DNA of 64,000 nucleotides from Pocillopora damicornis (Eukaryota): NCBI RefSeq assembly GCF_003704095.1, contig NW_020844150.1, positions 62,001 to 126,000 of the forward strand, read 5' to 3'. Shown piece by piece: positions 12,745 to 24,700 of this stretch (position 1 is its first letter; each line of letters starts with the position of its first letter). The notes under the pieces were generated by a model. It saw only the letters and a program-made list of their open reading frames with translations, ran no database searches and was not told where the DNA came from. The position numbers and the translations under genes were made by a program.

Positions 12745-15700
12745 TTTTTTGCCCTGCCTTCACGATCGCACCGTTTATTACTTCCCTCGATTTTACTAAC
12801 TGAATTCCTGGAACAGGCCAGTGTAATTAAGGCCAAGAGGAAGTAAATTTTGAAATTGATCGGATAAATTCCTTACCGAACTTGTCAATTTTTTCTCCCA
12901 CATAGTGCTTAAACTTGTCCATAGCGTGCTTGCATTCCTCGGTAATTTCATCGCATGCCAGTTTTTCACAGATGTTGCAGAAACTACCTGCTTTTCTCTC
13001 GCAGGCAAGTTTGGCTTCTTTCACTGTCACTTGAGCTTTTTCCAAAGCTTTTCTTGCCGCCTGCAGAGCAGCTACCAAAACCTCAGAAGTCTTTTTCGAA
13101 AGCTGGTCAAAACCGGTTTCTATGGTAAACTTGGCGGTAAAACCGGTATTAGCAAACGGGTTTCCGTAGCCTGCCGCGATAGCGACTCTCGCCTTGAAAA
13201 CGTTAAAGAGGCTTACAGCCACTTCTGACTCAATGCGTTCCGTTGTGAATTTGAACATAATTTCTAATTCGTTCCCAAAGATAACCACGGCTCCTTGAAT
13301 GTAAATCTGTTGGAAAGTAACTGTATTAAGTGGGTAGCGCTTGTCAAACAGATCATTAAGATCAAATGCCAAGGAGGCATAGGGGCAGTAGAAATATATA
13401 AGATTTAAATAGATTTAAAAAGTTCATTAAGAGACAAATGAATCAAGGGTGTACGTTTCTAAAGAAACTGGTGCTGCGTCGGCAAGAGAGTATAATAGGT
13501 TTTTTAGTGTTAATAACTGAGTTGAAAACGTGAATCGGCCACCGTAGAGAGTCCAAAGGCCGACGTTTCGAGCGTTTCAGAGCGACGAAGGGCTAACGCT
13601 CGGAGCGTCAGCCTTTAAACTCTTTACGGTGGCCGGTTTACGTTTTCAACTCAGATGTTAACTCTAAATTTACTCAATAAATAACAGTTACGCAGCATCA
13701 GCATAAATGCACACAGTGCGGACCTACAAATGTTTTCATGTAACTTATTATCTTTAAAGTTTGCTATTCTAACATTATATCCTGTACAAAGAGTGACATT
13801 CAACTGAGTGTCGATGGCAATTTGGAAGTATAATGGTTTTTCTCCACTTTTCTTTAATGTTTAGCAAAAAACCTTGTACCATCTCGGCTGTTTAGAAGCA
13901 AAACGAAGTCCATTTGCAGGTTGATCGTCTTTTTTTCCCGCCAGTTAGGGTCGTTTGTTTGTTTGGGTTCCCATCGGCTTCTTGTGAGAGCTAATTTTGT
14001 TCTAATTGGCTGTTGAAAACTGCTCTGTGAAAGTTGAAATCTCACCTCAGCTTGAAGTGGCTTCCGCTTAGCGTGAACATAAAACTTTGGTCCTTTTTTT
14101 TTGTCTGCTATGGAGCGCACTAGTTGCACGTTACCCAGTAACTTAACAGGGTCTAACTCCAGGTCAAACTTGATTTGCTGCAAGAAAACAAGAGATGGGA
14201 CATCAATGTGATCTGATTATTCATTCCCCCTTTTTGCTTCTTACATTCATCTATTCAATATTTGTTTGTGATATTAGACAGTCTGGTTAAGTTAAACTTT
14301 AAATCTAACGACCTTTATAGACAATAAGAATGCTAGACCACAACGCCGAGAGCTATGATCCCTACTTTTTGCGAAAAGTGTATGGGTACTTTAATATCCC
14401 TTGCCAACAAGCACAAAGAAGATGCAGGAGACGGGGTCTTAGATTTATTTTTCTTATCCGAGATGAATCGAATGTCTAACAATTTGCAGATGTTACAGCA
14501 AAGGAAGCATGATCTCCTTCATCATTTTAGGCCCCTGAGTGTTGCTTCCGTCTAAAATACTGTGCAGCCTGTAGTGTTATATCAGTGTAACAACTCCTAA
14601 CTGATAGGGCTGTTTACTCTTATTACCTGTTGGGTGGGTAAGGTATTGAAATGGTGAAGAGAAATTGGGTAATGATCCTTTCTAGAAACCTAAGGGTTGC
14701 AATCTACTTGTGCATGTAAACTTTGCTTTCCTTCACACTTTCATTATTGGAGTAGTCTCCTTCGCAACTGTTGCTTGGTCTCGCCACGCAACTGACGTGC
14801 TCTCTCTTCCCCACCGCGTTGGTTGGGAAAAGAGTGCACATTACGAGACCAAAAAACAACTGCGAAGGAGATTAGTATTGGAGATGAGTTTCATTATCCT
14901 TCATTAAAAGTAAGTTACCTCGTTACTGAGTAATATTTCGACAGAAGGCGCGAATCCCAAAATATTGATGGTGCCTTTGATGAAAACACCTTTCTTTATC
15001 TCTTTTGTTGCTCCAGCGTAGGGAACTTTCTGATCTTTCCACGCTGCAGAAATCTTACAGATAAACGTATAGAAGATGTGTTTAAACACACGAGATCCTT
15101 TGGTTTTACGTCAAAGCTAAAAACAATTTGCTTAAAGTTTGTTATTTTAAGAAATTATAAACGGTTCCGTAGCATAAATCGGAGATATATCATAAATTGA
15201 AAACATCAAGCGAAAATTAGGTAAAACAGGCGAACAGACATAGATACGTGCAACACATGAATAAACAAGTATAGAAAAATGGGAAAACCAGCCAATACAA
15301 AACAGACAAAAGTTACTCTGCAGTTTGGTCTAATCATTCTCACGATAAGACGTAAAGGTGAGGCTTCGTTGTGGATATCTCACTTAAATATGATTTGTAA
15401 CCAGCGTCTAATTTCTCCATATGTTATCACCCCTAAATCAAACTTTAAGGTCATGAGAATAAAGGAAATGATCATCAACAAAAGAAACTCTTGATTGCTA
15501 AACAAACTCTCCTTGTCAGCACCTTAGGTAATGTATAGCGAACAGCATAGAGAATACGTATACTGATGCTATGTTGTAAAAAGATAATTCTGATTCGTGG
15601 GGTTTTATACATTTCATTTCAAAGAAAGATGTTTTTTCGTCTTTTCATGAGCGTGGGACAAACAGGAGATTCGATTTCTCATGGGGACTCAGGAATTTTT

Positions 15701-18700
15701 CTTTGTCCCACGCTCTCGACAAAACTTTCTTTATTTCTTTACCGGGCTCAAAACTTACCATCTCTCTTATTTCCATCTATACATTTCCTTTTAGTTGTAA
15801 TTTCATACTTACTATTAAACCTTTAGGAAAACCGCTCTCCAAAACAGGTGGAGGTAGCTGCAGTTTAGATCCTAGCATTCTTAATATTTTCCCGATAGTA
15901 ACAGGAGATAATTCTCCGTATATATACTGGCCAGCAGGGTTTGCGCTTATTCCTACTAGGGCCTCCCCGGAGAAACAAGGACCATCCGCTTTGAAATCGT
16001 CCTTCCCTTGGCAGTCGTGCCCAATCTCTAGGCGGCCGTTGAAGGTAAATTCAGTCGGAATTCCGGTGGCAAGTGAAATTGTTAGGCTAAAGAAAATAAA
16101 TGAGGAACGCTGTTAATTAACTGATGCTTAAAAAACAAAAAGGGGATAGCTTTTGGTGTTAAATGAGTTAGATTCTCTAATAGCACCTTTTATTAATCTT
16201 TTACGGGTCATATTCATGTGCTTCACAGTGGAAACAAAGTCAGAAGCAAAATTAAAACGAAAAAAAAGATGTGTTTCTGTTAAATCACGATCGTGGAACA
16301 AAGAAAAAAGTCCCCACGAGGAAACGATTATCAGACCCTTAGATTCCGCCATCCTAAGCTTTACCACTGTAGAGCTTAGGATTTTCAAGGCGTTCGGTAA
16401 GTAAAACGGAGCTAAACAGTTAACGGCGTAGTAGTTGCAGAAGAGCGAGAACAAGAGAGGCTTGGGTCTGGTTACCTACACGATTCGACCCAAAACTTTC
16501 CTGTTTTTTTCACTCCTTTTCTCATATAGCGCCGTTTATTATTGAGCCTCGTTTTATTAAATGAACATCTGGAGCAGGCCAACTACCACTGAGCCACAGT
16601 GACGCAACTACGCCTTAAATAATTTCATATGTGATAAGTGTCCTGCACATAGCTGGGATCCCAATGTCGAGAGCCTGGGGTCGGTTGATACAATAAGAAA
16701 GATGGTAAATTGTAGGTTCGATAATGAAATGGCTGACGGCCTTTCTCCTTCATGTCACCAGAAAAGTAAAAATGTTAGGAAAAGATTTCTCACCCAATCT
16801 GTATGTTTCCAATGCTAAGGAAACTTAAACCAAATGCTTTTTTCCACATTCCGTTCATATACAGAGTTGTTCCTATCTCAGCTGCCCCAGTGACGAAAAG
16901 CTTCCCTCCAAGTTGAAGAGATGTGCTCGGCATTTTTTCTTCTTTATCGCTCACTTCGCCTTCCACAGGTACGTCTAATTCGACAGCAAAGCCCACTTTA
17001 GGGGCGACAGGTGCAGTACCAAATTTAACCTAAGAATAAATTAAAAGAAACGGAAGATCTTTATTACGGCCAAGGCACCTATCTTCGAAAGAACGCTCAC
17101 TTCAAGCAATTAAAGTATCCTTCCTATTGGACAACAAACTTAAGGTAAGTACGTAACTTTAAGCTAGTGCGCCTAGGTGAGCTTTACTCTTAAGGCCCGA
17201 CTTAAAAATCTCCCCCCTCCCCCTGTAATATCAGAAAATGAGAATAAGATGGGCCAGTTATTTACATGTCGTTTAATCCACACTGCAGCTTCACGCAAAC
17301 AGTAGGCCTCGGGGATTTTTAATGAAAAGGGTTGATTTAATTCAATAAATGTCCTTACTCTTTTATTTTTCCGCCCTCGTGACACTGATAACAAAAATAA
17401 ATGCTGAGATAAAAGGTTCGGCTTAATTAAAGATGGTGGTTTAGAACGGAGATTTAATTGTTAAACAACGACTGAGCTCTGTTTAAATAACCGACCCATG
17501 GGGATTCACCTTGTTTACTTTTTCTGTCCCCGCAAATAAAAGTTCTTGTTAATCTGACATCGTCTCACCTCTATAAACAGTTCAACTTTGTTAAACTTCA
17601 GATCCCCCTTTATGGGTATACCATAAACTCCTGCGTTGACTTTGACACCTGCTTTGTTTACGCCACCATGAAATTTTAACCAGGAATCTTTGCCCATCAG
17701 TATCTTTCCAAACTTGCAATGCGAGTTATCCCCACAATTCGCTGCAAACTTTGTGACTGCAGCGAAAAACAGTCCATCCGGGACTTCCTTTTTCATCAAA
17801 GATTTTAAAGGCTCTTTTTGAAATTTTGTCTCTGGTGTCACTTTATAACCTTTCTGCGTGAAGGAAATACCAAACTGAAAAGAAACCGCCAACGATTAGT
17901 TTTGGAAAACAGACCTGGTTCTCATATGAATTCTACTGTAACTTGTCAGGAGCCAATCAGAGGCCAGTTCAGTTTATTAAAATTTTGAAATGAGCCAATC
18001 ACATGGGAATATCTTGGTTTTGATACACAGATTGGCTGACGAATGTCACATCACTTCTCAACCAGGCAAAAGCGAAACTAAAACCACTCATAACTTAGAC
18101 ACTTGCGCTTTACCGCTTTAAATTTTCTTCTTTCTTTTTCACACTTTTTGTGATTCAGTCCTGTTCTGATTGGTCACTAAATAATTTTGGTTTCAACCTA
18201 ACAAGACTTTTTCTTTGACGACGCTTTTAAGAATCTCCTTTGATTTAAGGATTAAACCAAAGAAGGTCAATTTGGACGGAAATCGTTCGCCTGATTCTCG
18301 CCAGCTAGGAAAAAGTGAATGTGAATCGTAATATATCGAACTGCTGCGAGCCAATCAGATTACATAGTTCGTTAATGATCTCGAAATTAATTCAATAATG
18401 GAATATGTACTCACTGATGTTTTCTCTAACTTCTCAAACACGCCAAGTTTGGTGTTAAACATCTTCTGCACAAAATCTTCAATTGCAGCCTGCTCCGTCG
18501 TGAAAGCCACAGCGAAAATATCCTTGCGTATGATCTCAAAATTGAACCATCCACCGATCCCATTGGGGGCCACCTTACCACTGACTCGCACAATAACCTC
18601 TTTCATGCTCGCGCTGATTTGTAAAGACAAGTCAGATATTGTCACTAGGCCTAAATTTACGCGTTTCAATATTTCAAGTATTTTCTGGTCAATGTTCAAG

Positions 18701-21700
18701 TTCAAGGACCTTTTAGGTGTGTCTTGCAAGCCTTTCAAGTTGGGGGTTGCCCCCATGTTCAGCGGAGGAGAAATGGCATGTAACGGGTTAACAGTCATTG
18801 CGTTTGGATAAGTAATTGGCATTTCCTCTCTTAGTTCATTTATTGGCTCATAAGAAAATAATGGCACCGCGCTTCGATGTGTAAATTTATTATGGCGCGT
18901 CTGTTTTTCTCCAATTCTTGACTTTTTCTTCTTCGAAAATGTCCTTCTTCGTTGAATGTTGTTTCTGTCGGGTTTTTGAGGACCGTTACTCATCTTCGCA
19001 GCTTTCTCTGCGTATTTTCCATCTTTGGAGACGTTTTCTAACGGTGCAAGTTGATCGGTAGGAGACTTTGAGTCGAGGTTCCTTACTCCGCGTCTCAAAA
19101 CTTGTGTAAAGGAGAAATCATTTGCTACAGGTGTGTTTGGTGACAACGCAGCTTGAATTTCCTCTATAATGTAAATATAGAAGATAATCAATGCCTTACT
19201 GAGCTCTGCTGAAAACGAACCTACGAGCCTACGTTGAAAGCCGAAAGCTGCATTTATGAGATGATTTTGTTTACAAAACGAGATGGAGAAAACTGGCAAA
19301 CGAAATTCTGGGAAGACGAATATGACTACCAAATTTGAGATTTTCCAGTTCAGTGTGTTAATGGCCAGGCGCGAACCTGTGTTATTTTGGCGGGAGACAA
19401 TGTCTTCTATTTCCACTTTCAAAGCAGATCGAGTTTTGTGAAAATTGCGTGGTGGCAAAAATAAATTACAGAAGCGTTTTCAATTGTAGAGTTTTTCAGT
19501 CAATAAATAACTCAGATACGTCCTCTGGCAATGATACCATGCAGAGTCCTGCGGTGGAGCTCTGTATGGCAGTTATTTTTTCTAACATCTCCCTAAGAAC
19601 CCTACCTCAAATATGGTAACCGTAGTCGACCTCTGTTATAATCAAGTGGTCTTTTTTAGATTCATAAACAACATGCGCCCAATATACTGCCTAGAACGGC
19701 AACGTTGAAAGGTTCCTTTACAGGTAGCGGAAAGTATGCGGCAATTTTGCATTTTTTCTTGCTGTCATAGAGAAACGCTCAGTTGAACATTTATAAAGAG
19801 CACGGGGGAAAGAACACCACGGAGTACTCCTAAGGATTCAAACGCTAGTCACTCGCAGTTTACAAGATAATTCGGTTTTATCAACTGAGTTGACAATGTA
19901 AATTGGTCACCGTAGAGTTTCTAGAGCTGACTTTTCGAGCTTTAGCCCTCTGTCATTCGCTCCGACAAAGGGCTTACATTTGAAACGTCACCACCAGAAA
20001 CTCTCTTCATTGTCCAATTTTCATTATTATTACACCCATTTTGATATCACTGGTGGTCCCTGTAATCTGATTGGCTCTAATTGGTGCGATTTATTCACGA
20101 ATCGCACATTTTTGTGGTTTAAATCGCATCTTCTTCCCAGCCAATGAGGAGGCTACACTAAAAACAAAACATCCAATCAGATTTCAAGGCTTGTTTTAAA
20201 TAAACAATCATGAAAACGAAAGACAAAGAGTACCATGTAGCAAATTTTGCAACTTTTGTTTCCATGACTCTTACTCCCCCCCCCAAAAAAAAATTAAAGA
20301 ATTTTAATTTCAGACCGGCTCAGTACTGCATCAAGAAAATATTTGAACTGACTAAGTCCTATATTTGGGCGACTTCAAAATGGATACAATAAGGTGGTAA
20401 TTGAACCTCGTGGCGTGCAATTTTGGTCTGAAATCATACTTGTGATTTCAAATCATGCATATGATTTCAGCCCAAATTGCACTCCACTCAATTCAATTAC
20501 CAGTATTTAACTCGGTTGATAAATCAAAATATCATGTTATCACCCCATCAACTCAGTGTCACCGTTTCTTCAGAAGCATTCTCAGGTTAGATGAAATATG
20601 AAGCGTTCGCGTTGTGATTAAGTCATACTAGAGATCATTTTGTTGAGTTACAGTTTTGCAAATTTGAAATCATGCTTTACCCGACGTAGCAGTTTGCCCG
20701 CTGGTTCCTTCAATAGTGACTTCATTTTCACCCACTAAGCTGGCATAAACAGCAAATTTAGCTTTCCCAATGTCATCAAAACCATGGGCCACAATTTCTT
20801 CTTTTCCGGGAGATACTCGGAAAAGAAACATTACGTTTTCAAGAGAAACTGTATCAGTTGGAGCATAAACTGACGCAGAATCCAACAGAAATTCAACTGC
20901 AAAGATAAAAAAGAAAATACAGCTATGATAAGGGTGCTTCTCTATTAATTGTTGTAAGACCAAAACAATAATGTCCACAACTGCCAAGTGTTACCAGAAG
21001 AAGAGAACATACATCAAAAAGACGCGAATAAGTACGCAGATCACGAGTGAACTGCCTAAATAGCGACGAAACTGAACGCTGGTGGCCTGGGGCGCGTTTT
21101 TGAGGGCCAGGTAACTTAGCAGGCTCGTAAATCTTTTCTGTTTTCACCTAAGATAGGGATTTCAAAACATGGTGATGATTATATAATAAAACTATTAGTT
21201 AAAGGAGCTAAATGGTCTGTTTAGGGCGCAAGAACGTGCTTCTCTCTTCTTTAAAACTTGATCTTAAAATGTGGCTCCAAGCCTTCAAGTTATTAGGACT
21301 TTCGAGAAACCCTCCCAACTCCGGTACGATCATTGCGTGGGATGCTGCGATCACGCTTGATGCTAGGGAAGAGATATGAACTTTAAAAGGTCAGAAAATT
21401 AGCAACATCACCTCCATATAAGGCTTTATCTGCTCTCAAATTAACCTTTATTCCTGTCACGTGTTCAGTGTCCGCAGGCATAGTGAAAAATGGCATTGGC
21501 TTGGCCGAGCGGAAACCGGGATAGAGTTTAGCCAGCTCTGCTATGGTCAGCAGTTTCATAGGCTCGAAACAAGTTTCATTTAATTCCTTTGTATTTTGCT
21601 TAACTGCAAAGTAACCGCCCTTCAGAAATGGAACAAGCTTGGGGAGATTTGAAAATGCAGCTGCTACTAAAGGGTTTTTTGCTGAGTCGCTGAGAAGTTC

Positions 21701-24700
21701 GGCGTTTTGAGAGTTGCACACTAATGCTATGAATGAGTTTGGTTCAACAGGTTTTGTAGCGTCGGTGTTTTGAGGAGTTTCTGAAAATACAATCGAGACA
21801 TGAATTACAACAAACAAATTACATAGCTGAGGTATCACAGATGCTAGATACTAGCATTTTTCACCTAGAGGGGGAGGGGGGGGAGGGGGGCTCGAAAGAT
21901 TTTGGGTGGATCACACACATGGCTTGTAATGGGATCAGGGGGGAATCAGTCTTCGCTAGCAGAGTAGAAAGGGGGACCATGGAAAATCGATTTTAATTGG
22001 GGAGGGAGGTATGGGGGGGGGGGGTCCATTGGAAAATTAATGAGGCCAAAATCCTTCAACCGCCCTAGTGGGGGGGGAAGGGGTTGGGGGACTCGAAAGA
22101 TGTTGGGTGGATCTCACACGTGGTTTGTAGTGGGATCAGGGGGGGAATCAGTCTTCGCTAGCAGAGTAGAAAGGGGGACCATGGAAAATTGATTGTCATG
22201 GAAGGCTCATAAGAATATTAAAGAGGCCAAAATCCTTCGACCACCCTGGGCAATGAATAATCAATTACCGGTCCCTAAAGCACAAATACTGTGTCACATC
22301 TAGTTTCTCCCAAGAGCACCACACCTGAGTCTAACGTTCAGGTCAAAGGGTAAAAGGAAATGATTGCCAACTAAAAAAAGTCTTGTGAATTAGCAAATGT
22401 ATAGAGAGCAGTATGGAGAATACACATATTACCGTAAGCTTACGTTTACTTTAAGATGAGATGCTTGTCGCGATATTAACTTAACTATTGAATCAATTTG
22501 AACAAGCAGAATTAGGCGGTTGATCGTTTTCCGAGTGCAGAGGTTCTTATTTGTTCGTACTTTTTGCGCAAAATCTGCTGAGAAAAACAGGACTGAACAA
22601 AACCATCTACGTCTTAGGGTTACCTAAAATGCATCAAGACACAAAGTTCTTCTGTTTAAAGGCAAAAATGAGCGTACCTTTGCAGTTCGTTTTTGGACAT
22701 TCTTGGCTCTCGGAACCAGTCCCTGGACATACATCACCGCCATTCTGTGGTGCAGGGTTGTTACACTGGCGAGTGCGTAACTGTACTCCTTTGTTGCAGA
22801 CCTCTTTCTCTGAGCATTCACCCCAAGGACCCCAGGGACCCCATGCTCCGTTCACTACATCTGTTGAGGAAAAATCATCAACCCAATTTTACCTTGAGGG
22901 AAGAATTTTGTTCTCCAAGGCAACACACCGGCATTAACACAACATTGCATATGAAGAGTATATTCCTTGCTTTAGTTGTGAAATAAGTTGCGAAGAACCA
23001 CGATAACAGAGTAAAATAAAAATCAAAAGAGCACGAAGAATCTTTAGAAAGAATTTTCCTATCAGCCGAAGTTTACGAAAGAAGGTCCTAACCGTTACAA
23101 TAATTTAAGGCTTCATGAATAATTTACAACTGAGTGTCGAAAGCAGCGTGGAATTTCTGCGCCACATGACTGGTCTAGAAAATTCTTAGCTCCTTGTCAA
23201 AAAATTATAAATGAGATAAATTCCACATTCCACCCATGTACCCTTGTTTTACCGTGCGTTAGAAAGTTTGTTTATGGTATATAATTGTTGCTTTGTGATA
23301 TTTATCCAAATTCCGATAGGCCGCTGTGGTTATTTTCGTTTTGATTTTACTGCAACAAATGAAAAAAAAAACCTTTTTTTTTCCCCGTATATTATTATTG
23401 CCGTTATGTGTAGCTCCCATCGCGTGCCTGCATTTTGACGTCAACATCCGGGACATCGACCATATGTTTTGTGGAAAGGAACTAGTCTCTATGTTTGTAC
23501 TGGCATAATTATGGTTAAGTTATGGTCACTCTAAACTCGAAACAGTCGGTAAGTTCTATTGTGTTCCGTGTGTATTATAATTTCTCTCGCTAAAGGTATA
23601 ATTTCTGTTCGTAGAAAACCTGCTTTATTGCCCAACTGGATGTTTACTCGGCTTGACGACTGGAGCATTTGTAATATTATGATCAATATCTAAGTCGTAA
23701 ACTTACTGGTTGGACACTTCCTTATCTCGCATGCTTCCGTTTCCTGGCCGTTTCCAGGACACTCTCCTCCATACTGTGGGGCGGGGTTGTTGCATTCTCT
23801 TGTCCTAACTTTATTTCCAGTTCCACAAGTTGCACTACATACGGACCACTCTTCCCAGTCTCCCCATTTACCAGGAACTTTAAAAAATTACAATGATTAT
23901 CGGATTGGATAAGATTTAATGCAATGTCGTGAAAATGATTATGGCCCATGATGCACTTCACATATGTACCTGGACAAGGGGTCTCGCAATCAAAGGCAGT
24001 CTCAGTTGGTTCCCCAGGACATTCTTCCCCACCCCTCTGAGGGGAAGGATTGTTACAGCTTCTTTTTCGTGTTACTCGGCTTCCACCACATGATTTTGCA
24101 CATGGACTCCACTCTGACCAGTCTGACCAATGACCATCCAAAGGGCCAACTAAAAAAGGATTGAAATCATTGTTATTCAAGACAGTCCCTTTTGTTTTTG
24201 TGATTTTCTTTTTTGGTCTGCAAACCTAACACTCTCGCAAACAGCAGCGTCGAAAAAAAAAAAAAAAACTTCTGAAGCCCAAATATCAATGATAGCTTTT
24301 TGTGAGCCTGAAGTTTCCTGTTACCTTCACAAGGTTGATTGCAATCTGTCTTGGTTTCTTGAGCGTCTTTTGCTTCACAGGGCTTCCCGCCATTCGAAGG
24401 GGCAGGGTTATCACATTTTCTTACTCGTGTTACTGTAGCACCTCCACAAGTCTTGCTACAGGCAGACCACTCTCCCCAGGCACCCCAACCGCCATCAACT
24501 GTAATCAAGAATATGTCAGTACAGATAAACGAAATGACCGTTATAATAGGAATGGACATATGGAGTAATCATTTTTGAGATCAAAGAAAATAAAATAATG
24601 GAGTTTGATAAGTTATCTGGCAGAGCATTAAATATATGTGTATATATATACATAAATACATAAAGTGGTGGACATTAAGCAAACAAACTGAAGCTTTAGC

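Noticed and set aside
17945-18360. Multiple CCAAT boxes (agccaatcag) as NF-Y target sites near NFYB
   Set aside because: They are intronic, and similar ccaatca/tgattgg motifs recur throughout the window in repeat-like sequence. There is no promoter evidence.
15703-18811. Plus-strand ORFs 15703-16116 and 18398-18811
   Set aside because: Antisense shadows of real minus-strand exons.
21864-22277. CRISPR-like repeat-spacer array
   Set aside because: Only two long units in a eukaryotic intron, with no spacers and no cas genes.
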